DNA of 64,000 nt from Octopus vulgaris (GCA_951406725.2 OX597821.1:64294001-64358000), one strand, 5' to 3'; shown: positions 26,763-40,082, counted from the first letter of the stretch. A program made the numbers and translations. Notes: generated by a model from the sequence alone, not told the origin.

Positions 26763-28773
26763 TGATAGATTCATATATACACATACACTATTGCATAGGT
26801 CAGTCAGAAATAGTCAATAAAAAGTATATGAATGTTATACTATGTGTGTGTGAGTTTGCTTGCTTGCTTGTATGCGTGTGTGTGTGTGTGTGTGTTTGTG
26901 GGTGAGTACATAAAAAACCTGTCATTGCATCTGGTCGCGTAACGTTTCATAATACCTTGTTCAAAACTGAAGCGGGATATTACAAAACCTCTAGATTACG
27001 ACATTAATTAAGTAATATGTCGCTGAGAGGAAAGAGGGTATTTCGCCTTATTTCATTACATACACATACACACGGCCAGACTCACATACAAACATAAATC
27101 CACACAAAAATATGCATACATACATACCTATACGAATGTATTTATAAATCTTTCTCATTCTCCGTGTATGTATGTACACTCTCTATGTACACACATATTG
27201 TATAATATGTGTGTGTGAGTATGTGTGATTGTATATATCTTTAATATAAGAAATAATATATGACTGAAAACTATAACTGAACTCTGAATATTTACAGCCT
27301 TGACAATATTCGTACGTAAAAGGATACCATTTAATTACCTTCATTTTTTTATAATCTACATACACACATGCATTCCATTAGAAGCTGTGGTAACTTTCAC
27401 GTTTGGAATTTGACACTCCAACGGGATTATTCATTGGCAAATGACACGAACTGTTACAATTTTAAGCTAAGAAAATTATAGCTTTAAATCTAATAAAATT
27501 GTTATTACTTTACACATTCTAGGTATACCATTCTTCAGTGTATAAAACTGACAGGTTTTTCACATAATGAACGAAGCATCATGAAACTTGATTTAGCTTT
27601 TCAGTCGTAAAGTATCTCGTATTTTTCTTATGATCTACCACTGCTATGTCGTATGTCCAAACATTATATTGAACATTTTGTATAATAAATTAACTCCAGG
27701 AAAGCAACTCTTCAAAATTTCCTCTTTTGCAATGGTTTCCATGTTACAACTAACCTTCAAAACTCGAATTACTCATCCTCACTAACGTATTTTGTGAATA
27801 AGTCTAGCACTAGCCTACAAGAGGTCATATGCGTCCCTCTCCTTTGTTTATCAAATAAAGAAATATACACCCCAGTCTCTTTAGGTAAAAGAATATAAAT
27901 CTGCTTTACCAAAAGCATTGAGACCTAGTGAAGAAATCATTATAATATATTGGTGTCCACAGAAACGGTGTAGTATTTTTGTTATATGTGTCAGATAAAA
28001 GAAAAAAGAGAAAAATGTGTTAATGTATATAATTAAAATATCTTTCAACCTTTTCGGTCAAAGGTGATTTGTCTGAACATTTCGATTTTCGATGATTTTT
28101 CTGGCAATGGTTTATTTTATCTTACTTTTCTTTCTGTATTTCTAAAGATATTGTTTCACCTTATTCCTTATCATCGATAATATTTCTCTACTCTCATCGT
28201 TGCCCCAATGAACAATCCTTGCCTATCAATATCCTTCCAACTTCTTGATGATCGATTTTAAACATTTCCCCAGTTGCAATTTAAAAATGGATGCTACATA
28301 AATCATAGATTTTCTGTACTTAAATATTTTCCATTTGACCGATGGGCAATATTTATGAATCTAAGTTCATACATTAAAGTCAGCACTTAATCAGCACTTA
28401 TTAAATGTTACACTATCGTTTTAACTCTTTGAGATAATAACACATATAACCACCAATAACTGCCTATCGTGTCGGACCGAACTAAATCGTAATAAAATGT
28501 AACACAACATTTTATTACAATATACCACAGCATACTAAACAAAAACAATAAATTTACTATCGGATTGTACCCATGTATCTCTTAGGGCAAACATTCTCGC
28601 TGACCTATCAAGATATATATCAGGTTTGCATTGTTCATGGAGACAATCGCATATAAATCCTGACTTTATTTCTTTGTAGCTAAAACGTAACGAAAGTATA
28701 CCATAGTCAACTTGACATTTAAACACTATTTCGCTATTAGTTTTTAAAATACTTCACTCATTTTTATAATTTA

Positions 28774-29302
28774 CTAGTAGTATCGCCCGGCGTTGCTCGG
28801 GTTTGTAAGGGAAATAACTATATAAGCATTTTTAGAGAGTTATAGCAAAAAAATGCATTAAAAATGGAATAAAAAATGATGATAAATTTTTTTTTAAATC
28901 GTTGACTCAGTGTCTTCAAGCCATGAAGTCGTTGTTCTAAAAGAACGCTGGTCTCCTCGACAACGCATTACGACTTTGATTTCCTTACACTCCCTTCCCC
29001 ACAGCTTCACGAGGGAGGGAAGGAGGAGAAGCAAACAGGTGCAGCTGTGAGCGTGGACGCCAACTCCGCCGCCATCGACACACGAAAAATTATGCATTAA
29101 AATGGAATAAAAAATGATGTTAAATTATTTTTAAAATCGTAGACTCATCGTTGACGCGCGCTAATACTCAGACGGGCTCGATATGAATCACGACTATAAG
29201 ATACCCGCTTTTGGTTAAACTGCACCGCAAAATGTGGGAGGAGTTAGGAATCTAAATCGAAGGGGACAGACACTCACACAACTAGAGTTTTATATATATA
29301 GA
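28774..29302 (-). mobile_element. Non-autonomous Helitron (family H1), complete
   Basis: Minus strand starts TCtatatatataaaa and ends cccgagcaacgccgggcgatactaCTAG with a GC hairpin about 10 nt before CTAG; inserted between A and T, no TSD. Confidence 0.88.
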
Positions 29303-29747
29303 TATTTTGTAAACTATTACAAATTTTGAAGTTCGCGTTTGCTTGTTTTATATTTGCTACTAAAGTTTAGCATGTTGGTATTAAGTGTATTGCTAACTTT
29401 ATCTTCTATACTATTGCTCAAATATTGTGCGTCTTAGGCTTGTCCGTTCCCACGTATATTACACAAATTATATTCAATAAAATACACAAGAAAGCCACCG
29501 GGGCATAAACACAAAATCCACCATACAAATGGTAGTTTGTATGGTGTGTTGTACAAGCACACATATACACAGATACGTATATTTATACAAATTTACTTAC
29601 ATAGAATATATGTCAATATACTTGTATAAACATATGTATATGTATGTATGTGTACATATGTGTATATCTATATATATTATATTAATGCTCTCAGTATGTG
29701 TACATATGCTCTCTCTCTTCCTCTTTTTCTCTCTCTCTCTCTCTCCG

Positions 29748-29818
<71 letters not shown>

Positions 29819-29905
29819 TATTAGAGACAAAACCACTATTTTGCAAAACAAACAAGGAAAGACTTAATCAATACATAAAATTTTAATAAATAGTCAAAAA
29901 AACCG

Positions 29906-29948
29906 CCACTACAATTGTTTCTTGTCTTGATCGACAATCTTCAGGTGG
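29906..29948 (-). ncRNA. Minimal type I hammerhead ribozyme, mirror copy
   Basis: Exact reverse complement of 29985-30027. Confidence 0.78.
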
Positions 29949-29984
29949 ACTTCCAATTTACAAGTCAGTTTCAAATTATGAAGT

Positions 29985-30027
29985 CCACCTGAAGATTGTC
30001 GATCAAGACAAGAAACAATTGTAGTGG
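29985..30027 (+). ncRNA. Minimal type I hammerhead ribozyme
   Basis: ccac-CUGAAGA-uuguc-gaucaa-gacaa-GAAAC-aauu-GUA-gugg: intact core, 5-bp stem II, 4-bp stem I, palindromic stem III ACAAUUGU; predicted cleavage after 30023. Confidence 0.8.
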
Positions 30028-30205
30028 CGGTTTTTTTGACTATTTATTAAAATTTTATGTATTGATTAAGTCTTTCCTTGTTTGTTTTGCAAAATAGTGG
30101 TTTTGTCTCTAATAATATTTTATAATATTTTACTATAAAATTGGATTTAATCCTAAATCTGATTTTTTCCCTGTAAATTTGGATTTATTCCCTAATATTC
30201 ATTAT

Positions 30206-30270
<65 letters not shown>

Positions 30271-30276
30271 TATGTA

Positions 30277-30618
30277 TATCTGTAAATTAATATGTTACCA
30301 TTATTCTATACTCAAGATAAAACTCTGAGTTTCAGATGCCGAAGTGGAAATCCACAACACCATCTCTTCGGTTATCTGGCCATCTGAAAAACGCTATGAA
30401 AAAGTACCGTTATATAAAGGGAAATTACTGTGTTATAATTCCGCTACTTATATAAATTAAGATTAAATGTTCATAGTAAACACGTAAACATGGCTACTCA
30501 TACGCTCACATATTAATATTAATATGGTAAGATATTAATTTACAGATAAATTTCCTCAAATTTACATAATATTGAGGCCTCTTTCTTTCTTTTGTTATCT
30601 TACCGTTATTTTACCAAT
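30277..30618. mobile_element. Hairpin plus tail element in (TA)n, family P2 copy 2
   Basis: tatctgtaaattaatatgttaccat / atggtaagatattaatttacagata, with a tail homologous to 4770-4830. Confidence 0.72.
30315..30377 (-). ncRNA. Hammerhead-like motif with U4C core change
   Basis: Minus strand: agauaa-CCGAAGA-gaug(...gugga uu uccac...)cauc-u-GAAAC-ucaga-GUU-uuaucu. Confidence 0.55.
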
Positions 30619-31986
30619 ATATATATATATATATATATATATTGGGAGTTACATATATGGACCAAAACAGTTTGATTCAAATTCGTTGGTTCGCTTGAGT
30701 TTCAAGTGTGATGCTAGTCGTCAGCCAGTTTAAATTCAAAATAGCTGATGACCATTATTTATACCTCGTCTTGTATATCACTCTGTGCAAAAACCAGTTT
30801 GACTGGAGCACAACCACGAATTTGCAATATAGAATGGTGATGGACCCTGCCATAAAATCTTGGACCCTGACGTAAGAATACCTGGAAATGTTTACTAATC
30901 TAAACAATATTGTAAGCCTGATGTGCCAACATAAAATTTATGAAGTATTTTGCTCGGATTGATAATCCCTCACCAGTAACTATGTTACATATATATATAT
31001 ATATATATATACGCATATGAGTGCGTATCTGTTATATATATGTATACATCTATATTTTTTGTTGTTTTACTCTTATAATGGTTTCAGTCATTGGACAGTA
31101 GCAGCTCCCGCGCACTGTCGTTAAGGCTTTTAGTCAATAGTATAGGCAACAAAATACTTATGTCTGGTAATATTTTCTCGTTATTCATTTATAGAATTGC
31201 TAAATTTGGTGTTGTCATAGAGAGATAAAGCACGGTTGGTTGCTTCGTATTGCTGAATGTTGACACAGATTCAGGGACATACGCATACACGGACAAGTAA
31301 GCAGACAAACACAGAAACATATGCAAATAAATATTTTTTACACGCGCCGACATTTATGACGACAAATATGTTTCGCTTAAATGTGTTTTAAATGCTCGTA
31401 AAATTGCGTTAATACATACAAAACTACGTTTACTTTTAAATACAGTTTACTTTTAAATACAGATATTTACAAGGTATAATAAAATTTAGACGAAACAACT
31501 TTAAAAGAATAAAAATAACGCCAATATCTGCTTCAGTAGTAGACAGACTAACATTAACTTAATGTCATTTTGGTATTCTCTGAGCATCTCGCATCATTGT
31601 TTAAGTTCTTATTGCTCATCTCTTTATTTTGAGTCGATGGAATATATTTGTGTATTTCACTTCCGGTTTGAAATTGTTTTTAAGAAACAAATTATCACTA
31701 TATTGTGTGACGCTTTTCTCCATGTGTGCGTATACACACAAACACACACGCGCGCACGCACACACACACACGCACACATATACATACACACACAGACACA
31801 CATAAATATAGTGTTATACGTATATATGTCTATGTACATGCATGTATACATATGTATATGCATATACATATCTAAGTGTATGTATGTATATGTATATATA
31901 TATATAAATATATACACACACACACATATATATATATATTTGTATGTATATATATAAGTATATATATACATACATATATATATATA

Positions 31987-32055
<69 letters not shown>

Positions 32056-32374
32056 CATACATACATATACTAACTGACGGTTAGTAAGGAGAGACACAAA
32101 TAAATGAGAAGAAAACAAAGGACCACTGATGCGGTCACAGGAGTGTGACGAAAGAACTCTGGCCGAAATAAGATTAAGATTAATGTAAAAAATAAATAAC
32201 ACTGAAGCAAAGTAACACCAAATATATTCTTCGTGTGTTTTTATTGGCTAAACTGGCAAAATGACCATTCCGAAATATAACAATATTTGTTTCAACACAC
32301 GACTTCACATAAAAAATCTTGCACAACAAATATTTAAATGTATATATATAGGTATATATGTATATGTATGCATG

Positions 32375-32426
<52 letters not shown>

Positions 32427-32949
32427 GCATGTTCTTATACATTTAAGCGCAAATATATGAACACTGCACTTAACACTCACCGTTTTCGGACACAATTACT
32501 CATGGAGCTCACTAGAAAGACATACGCGCACACACCCAGAAGAAATGTTTGGATCTGTCCACTTAGAAACAAACTCTGAACTCTCCTACTACTAAACCAA
32601 GACCTGCCTGGCATTTACACGTTAACCTATCGACTCAATGTAATCTTGGTTGATTAATCATTTATTTCTTGGAGCTTCCTTTGGCAGTTAAGGGGCAAAT
32701 TTAACCCTTTTTTCACCATTCAACTGGACATCTATACGTAGAGAATTATTGACAATCTCCTTCCGGAATCTCCCGATCGTTTTGAAGTTATTGACCATAC
32801 AAATTTCTTGAAATATTTCTCCAACCGGAGAAGGATGATTAAAAATCTGACCACACAGCTGTCGACTTTTAACCAGAAATTGTCGGTATATTTGGTTTAT
32901 CGTTATATTCAAGATAGTCTTTTGGCTGTATTAATATATTCTCTAAAAG

Positions 32950-33320
32950 CAGTCAGAATTGTTACTACGCTGGGCAAAATGCTTCGCTACGTTACTTCTT
33001 GCTCTCTACGTTCTGAGTTCAAATGACACCGAGTTCGACTTACCTTTCTTCTTTTCGAGGTCGATAAAATAAGTATCAACCCAGTACTGGGGTTGATGTA
33101 TTCGATTTCTCCTCTTCTCAAAAAATTTCTGGCTCTGCGGTAAAATCAAAAACTAATATTATATCTATTGCGAGCTAGCAGAATCGTTACCATGCCGCGC
33201 AAAATGCATAAATATATATATCTTTGCAAGTTCTTTACATTCCGATTTCACAAAACACCGAGGTCCACTTTTTCCCGTCACCTAAAAATTGTTTCTTTTG
33301 TGCCAAAATTAGAAAGAATT
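32950..33320 (+). mobile_element. Two decayed SINE family A copies
   Basis: tacgttctgagttcaaatgacaccgagttcgactt...gtcgataaaataagtatc and gcgagctagcagaatcgttaccatgccg. Confidence 0.75.
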
Positions 33321-33743
33321 GTTGTATTCACTGCAACTGACATCCCTCATCGATAATGCTGTTATTCACGGAATTGATTCATAGGCAACTAGTTCGATTC
33401 ATTCTCATTTTCCATTCCACTTCCTAGAAACACTTGCCTATAAAAACTATAAACATTATCTTTTATAAATTCAAATCATATCATCTCATGTAGAAGAATG
33501 TTTACAATGTGAGATTGGAATTTTTTGTATGTTCATGACTGTGTTTACCTTATATTCATTCTGCTGCATAAAATAAAGAAAAATCAGGTTTATTCAATAC
33601 AAATTCCTATGTGAACTCTCTTATAAGTAGACACATTTGTTGCGAAGTAAAATTTACATAGCATGAGTTGTACCATAGTCATTGTCGTAGTTCCTCTCCA
33701 GCAGTCTTGGGTGTAATATGTTTCTTCATACATATACACACAG

Positions 33744-33809
<66 letters not shown>

Positions 33810-33938
33810 ATGTATATGTATATATACATATACATATATAATGCACAATATATATATACATATATATACGTACATATATATACATACACACATATAAATC
33901 GAGGTGTACAGTATTGTATTTATATATCCATGACGGCT

Positions 33939-34023
33939 GATCTTACCGATCGGTTTCGCGCTAGGGTTTCAACGGGGTGTTAGATAATAGTACGTTTGTG
34001 TAACTTTGCGCTCTTCAGAGCTC
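33939..34023 (-). ncRNA. Type I hammerhead ribozyme with a 46-nt loop II
   Basis: Minus strand: gagcu-CUGAAGA-gcgc-[46 nt]-gcgc-GAAAC-cgaucg-GUA-agauc. Canonical core and G10.1-C11.1 pair, palindromic stem III ACCGAUCGGU, stem I 4/5 paired. Sits in a ~290-bp island between TA-rich arrays. Confidence 0.72.
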
Positions 34024-34181
34024 TCTATTGTTCGAGGTGAAAAGACACAAACATCGTTTCCTGTGAAACGAACCGAGAAAGCGTTAACGTAAGAGTTATA
34101 TCCCTTGGGACCAAAGCGGCCTCTAGGAGTAGTTGCATGTCAACAAGAGTTTCCTGAAAAATGTGTATCGGAAATGAGTTC

Positions 34182-34240
<59 letters not shown>

Positions 34241-34349
34241 CAGATATGGAAATATTTTTATTCTCAAACATATTAATGATAATAATGTTTAATAGCATAA
34301 CTAAGATAGAACATCCTTATATTGTTTACATACATCATAATATATATAC

Positions 34350-34510
34350 ATATGGTAATATGCACTACATGTCACCCACCAAATGTGGCAAATCAAAGGG
34401 GCTCTTTCTAAGGGGCCCTCAAAATGATGGAAGAAATATTAACCAATCTAGATGATAGCCTTCACATACTTCTTCTAGAAGATTTCAACCTCCCTAATGT
34501 CAAAATTCTC
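34350..34510 (+). pseudogene. LINE AP-endonuclease remnant (CR1/L2-like)
   Basis: VICTTCHPPN (like YRPP) followed after a frameshift by LKMMEEILTNLDDSLHILLLEDFNLPNV (like ILLGDFNLP). Confidence 0.6.
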
Positions 34511-35206
34511 TGTTTGACTTCAAAGAGATGCTATTTATGGATAAAAAAATTACTTCACTCGACAAGAGGTAAATATATAAGCCGATTGGAAGAACTGAGG
34601 TCACAGTCAACTTGAGTTTCAGAAAAAATTGATCTTAGTCTCAGTGTAGGGTCAAAGTAGTAGTAACTGTTCAGCTCCCCTTTTTAAAATTGCTTTAAGA
34701 TAACATTATTATTTTAGCACACATACAGGCAAACGTGCAACAGTCTTTTGCGTGGTTTCTGTGAACCATATTTTACTCACTGACAATCTTGAAGTTCTGG
34801 GGGAACCACTGCACAGAGAAATCGAACTCGTCCCGAAATCACGTTGTTGTGAGAGTTAATATCTTTAAAAAAATAATGAACAGCTATCCTTGTACTCAAC
34901 ATCACGAATATTTTTACAAAACATAATGCTATAGATTCCTTTTTTTTTTCTGAAATTCTTTAGTTATTTCCAACGTTGGGGGGGTCTCTTCACCTAACTT
35001 AAGATTAACGAAAAAAACAAAAAAATTAAGCAATATGAGTTGTTTTCCTATCGTTTATATTTATGCTGTTTTATTTGTTTTTAGACATGATTTATGGATT
35101 TTAAATATTTCGAAAATATTGCTTTTAGTCAAATTTTTGATGCATTGCACTCTTCTTCAGTGTCATTGAATACTTCTATGTCACCTAAAAATCATCTCCG
35201 AAAACC

Positions 35207-35207
<1 letters not shown>

Positions 35208-35296
<89 letters not shown>

Positions 35297-35323
35297 TAAT
35301 AATAATATTAATAATAATAATAA
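35208..35323. repeat. (AAT)n repeat
   Basis: Directly visible; poly-N ORF. Confidence 0.97.
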
Positions 35324-35609
35324 TGATCACTACAAAATTTTATTTTTCGAGAAGCTTTATTATGACAAATGATTTTTGCGACAACTGTCAAACTATTACA
35401 CTTGAAGGACAGTTGCAATTTTCTGATATCTGATATCTGTTACTTTATCAATTTTGTAAGATTTATTTTAAAGCGTATTTCGAAAAATTATATGAAGCCT
35501 CACACCAAGATCACCACAATGACAACAACGACGACGACCACCATCAACACTACCAACAAGAACATCCATAATAACAGGCCAACGAGTAAGTTTTGATGTG
35601 ATCATTTGG

Positions 35610-36150
35610 TTTACTAGAAATAGCAGCCAATATCTTTCTCAAATTCAAACCTTTTGTTTTAGAAAAGAGCTTGTTAGATAATGTAGCCCTTGGTTCCCTG
35701 CATATAGATAGAATCACGATGGTTACGGTTGGAGTGCTATTTCTAATAGGCCTGCTTGATCAGAGCAGCCTTATTAGAAATTACAACAACACTAACAGCA
35801 AAAATGACAAGGTGCTTAACGTTATAGATTCTACATTGTCATTCAACCTACTACAGGAAGCAGCCAAAACTCGCTCAAATTTGAACCTTCTCTTTTACGA
35901 ATGGAAATGGAACATTAGATAAAGTACTCACAGACATACTTCTATGAATAAAACATGGTTATAAAAGGAACACCTTTGATCGAAACGTCGCACTGTCAGA
36001 GTCAACACGGCGCTTAATGTCAATAACAACGCCAGCACTTATAATATCACAGCAATTACAGATGATTTTAAAAAATGGTCGAGTCTTCAAATCATATCCT
36101 ACCGTCTTGGTAAAGGAAGGACGCACTGAATAATAACGTTTTATTTGATA
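35610..36150 (+). repeat. Old dispersed repeat family D, two to three decayed tandem copies
   Basis: ctagaaatagcagccaa...ctcaaatt...ttagataatgta recurs at about 35614, 35852 and partially 36085; related text at 48295-48330, 48640-48790 and inverted at 15860-15920 and 50470-50495. Confidence 0.55.
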
Positions 36151-36231
36151 TAATTTAATTGGAAGACTGGATAATCGCCCCTGGAAAGCTGTTGGTCAAT
36201 AGTTTCTTAGGAGTGGAGATGACACACAAAC

Positions 36232-36271
<40 letters not shown>

Positions 36272-36289
36272 GTGTATGTGTGTGTGTCT

Positions 36290-36543
36290 CTGTGTGTTTG
36301 TGTGTGCGTGTGCATGTGCATGTGCGTGTGTATGTGTATTTGTATGTTTGTGTTTGTCCTCCCACTATCGCTTGACAACCGATGCTGGTGAGTTTACATC
36401 CCCATAACTTAGCGGTTCGGCTAAAAGATCGATAGAACAAGTTCTAGGCTTACAAAGAATGAGTCCTGGAGTCGATGTGTTCGAATAAAGGCGATGCTCC
36501 ACCATGGCCACAGTCAAATGACTGAAACAAATCAAAGAATAAA

Positions 36544-36545
<2 letters not shown>
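36290..36545 (+). mobile_element. SINE family B 3' half
   Basis: atcgcttgacaaccgatgctggtg...catggccacagtcaaatgactgaaacaa. Confidence 0.87.
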
Positions 36546-36617
<72 letters not shown>

Positions 36618-36854
36618 GGAGTCAACAAGAAAGAGTTCGGTCGGACATTTATATTTTTTAATAGCCACAATATTTCCAATTATCTATTCACACACGACAA
36701 ATGCCCAAACGCAAACCTGGAAGTACGTATAATGCATACTGGATAGCTCAGAGTAAATCAGAAGGTGGACGAGCTTTAAACCTGTACTGTACTGCGTTCG
36801 TAACAGAATATGCCATAACCATATATATATATATATGTGTGTGTGTGTATGTGC

Positions 36855-36942
<88 letters not shown>

Positions 36943-37048
36943 GTATATATTAGTTGGAAAAAGATTAGAGATGTACACAAATCAAATTTATATATATACA
37001 TGTCTTCAGTTATAACAAGGAAAACTGGAAAAAATTAATTAAAAAAAA

Positions 37049-37416
37049 TATAAAAGATGGAGGTGGAATTGGCACAGGATTAAGTCTAAGACATTTCAAT
37101 TTAAGAGGGAGTTTAATAAAAAAAAAATATATATATATAAAGAAAATATTACCGGTTTCGATGTATCTTATCTTATCATATATAAGTAAAAATTTATAAA
37201 AATTTGAAGTAAAAACAGTGCATCTTCTATCTCGGGGTGAAGAACATGTTCTTGATCCCCAGACAGAAGATAAACTGTCTTTCCTTCAAATTTTTCTGAT
37301 ATTTGATAAGATGAGATACATCGAAACTGGTAACATCTTTTTTATATAATATTTTATTAAAGTACCTCTTAAATTGAAATTTCATAGACTTACTTCTGGG
37401 ACATTTCCACCTCCTA

Positions 37417-37422
<6 letters not shown>
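37049..37422. mobile_element. Imperfect long palindrome (~185-bp arms) abutting (TA)n, hammerhead-bearing (family P4)
   Basis: ggaggtggaa/ttccacctcc, atttcaatttaagagg/cctcttaaattgaaat, gtttcgatgtatct/agatacatcgaaac; centre aagaacatgttctt at about 37240-37253. Confidence 0.8.
37298..37337 (+). ncRNA. Hammerhead motif with U3-A8 core variant
   Basis: gauau-UUGAUAA-gaug-agaua-cauc-GAAAC-ug-GUA-acauc; the opposite arm supplies the palindromic stem III ACCGGU and a matching stem I base. Confidence 0.58.
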
Positions 37423-37475
<53 letters not shown>

Positions 37476-37476
<1 letters not shown>

Positions 37477-37597
37477 GTGTGGTAGGAAGTTCATTCCCAA
37501 CCACATAGTTCCAGGTTCAGTCTCACTGAGTGGCACCTTGGGCTACTGTCTGCTACTGTAGCCTCGGGCTAACTAAAGGCTTGTAAAGAAGCCCGTC

Positions 37598-37600
<3 letters not shown>
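37476..37600 (+). mobile_element. SINE family B 5' fragment
   Basis: tgtgtggtaggaagtt...ccaaccacatagttccaggttcagtc...gaagcccgtcgtatata. Confidence 0.82.
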
Positions 37601-37646
<46 letters not shown>

Positions 37647-37660
37647 TATATTCGCCATTG

Positions 37661-37842
37661 TAGATCGCTAGCCACTACACATTCTTATTTTCCCACCTTG
37701 TTTCTTTCTGTGTTCCTTTCTGTGAAAGAACGTAGGCTCGAAACGTTAAAGACTTTTTCACTTCCCGAGCGTTATACTAATACATCTGTTTGTTGTCTAC
37801 AACATCTGTCTTCGTCTTTTGTACTTTTGTGAATTCTCCCTA
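37661..37842 (+). mobile_element. Family P1 copy 2
   Basis: Collinear with 778-960; motif cttt-CTGTGAAA-gaac-gtag-gctc-GAAAC-GTT-aaag at 37716-37751; ends ttctccc then (TA)n. Confidence 0.78.
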
Positions 37843-37859
37843 TATATATATATATATAT

Positions 37860-37974
<115 letters not shown>

Positions 37975-38772
37975 TGTATGTATGCATGTATGTATGTATG
38001 TATGTATGTATGTATGTATGTATGTATGTATGTATGTATATATGTATGTATATATGTGTGTATATATGTACACATACATATTTATGACGAACTTCTTTCA
38101 GTTTTCGTCCACTACATCCGTTCAGAAGTCTTTGGCCGCTTTGGAGCAGTGGAACCGAACTTAATACCCCGTGGTTGGGAAATAGGTTTCTTATCACACG
38201 CCCTTTAAAATAGTCAACATTTTCAAGTTTAATGTTGTTCACGATTGATGTAAAGTTCTATTGTTTAGTCATTGAAACATGAAATAGAGTTGGGAGAATT
38301 GCAATTTGAGGTCACTGAAATTTCCTTCATTTTCTCAGAAGTAAAAAAATACCAACGTTAAGACTTGAGAAAGAAACGAGTCGTAGAGAGCTGAATTATT
38401 TGAAAACTTACTCGTAGTTTAATGGTTATTTAATTATTTCCCCCTTATCTCTTTCACTTCCTCTCTATTATGTGTGCTAATAAACACTTCTATTATATTA
38501 TCTTTGTCCTTCTGACCACTAAACAAGACTAGATTTCTTCTATTTTTGTTATAATTCTCATCTCCAGTTCATTAACACCCCAGTAACTACTCTTGGTGGA
38601 ATCACGTAGTTTGGAAATGCACGACTATTCATTCGGTTTTCTCTTGCTGTAAATGTCTTTGCACCTGGAGAAGATTAGTTTGGATTAGGTAATTAACACG
38701 TCTTGCGAATGAAACACCTTTTCAAGTTAAATTAATTTTCTCTAAGGTGGCATTGGCCAAAAAGAAGTTTTG

Positions 38773-38792
38773 TGAATGACTACGGTATATAT

Positions 38793-38851
<59 letters not shown>

Positions 38852-38943
38852 ATTGTTGTTGTTGTTGTTGTTGTTATTATTATTATTTATATTATTATCA
38901 CCATCATCATAACTAAAACCACCATCACCACCACCACCAACAC

Positions 38944-38978
<35 letters not shown>

Positions 38979-38985
38979 ACCATTG
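38773..38985. repeat. (ATT)n/(GTT)n/(CAT)n compound repeat
   Basis: Directly visible. Confidence 0.93.
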
Positions 38986-39074
38986 TTGTTGCTATTGTTT
39001 ATCATTATAGTTAACTTATGACGTACTTTCATTTCCTAACCGATGCAAGGTCTTTGTTTTCTTATTTACACACA

Positions 39075-39134
<60 letters not shown>

Positions 39135-39187
39135 TATCTAAGTATATATATACATTATATATGTATGTATGTATATGTGTGTATGTT

Positions 39188-39256
<69 letters not shown>

Positions 39257-40082
39257 CATACATTCATTGGTAAACACACACACACACACACCTATATAAA
39301 TGGTTTTGTATTGAAGTTTCGGAACGTATCACATATGTAAGAAACCTCGGTTGTTTGCGTAGTTTTCTTTATGATGTAACAGCATTTAAGTTGATGGATC
39401 TTAGCTGATACATTTACCTGCTTCTCTCTTTTATCATTTTCCTGACACCTCTCTTTTGAGAATTGTTTCTGCTTTCCATCCTCACAACGTATATATATGT
39501 GTGTGTGTATGTGTGTGTGCGCATTTATATATAAATGTATATATATATATATAAATATATATATACATATATTTATGTATATATGTATAAACATATGAAT
39601 ATATGTATATCTATATCCATATCTATCCATCTATCTCTCTAAATATCTTTATATGTATGCGTGTGTTTGTGCGTGTGTGTGTGTGTGCTGCTGCGTGTGT
39701 GCGTGTGTGTGTGTGTGTGAATTTTGTTGGAAATAATATGCCGAGTTAGATATAGTTTACTTGATGTCTTCGGCAATTTTGCTAGGAAAATCTGTATTAA
39801 TCTCCCAGGCTCTGACTGTCATGCTTATTACGTACAACGTTTGATATTTTGTTTCATAAGAACTTTTGTAGGGTACATTTGTATCATTGTGAATGTACAT
39901 GGTATAGCGGTTAGGCGATTTACTTCACAAGCATAAGTTTCTGTATTCCAGGGTTCAATTCTAGGATCGGACCGTGTCTTCCTTTCTTGGGTAATACACT
40001 AAATTTCACATCGCTTCAGTCTACTCAGCTATTGCACGTGTCCATTTACTACCAAACAGCTTTGTAGAGCTACCTTAATTAA

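Larger units (their letters stand above)
29809..30210. mobile_element. Perfect 145-bp inverted repeat (26-nt spacer) plus ~85-bp tail, embedded in (TA)n; Penelope-like palindromic element (family P3)
   Basis: 29809-29953 is the reverse complement of 29980-30124 with no mismatch seen by eye; each arm holds a hammerhead motif; (TA)n on both sides. Confidence 0.88.

Noticed and set aside
39410-39490. Minus-strand CAG|GTAAAT donor after a short open frame
   Set aside because: No acceptor upstream, where the sequence runs into a TA/CA tract, and no homology.
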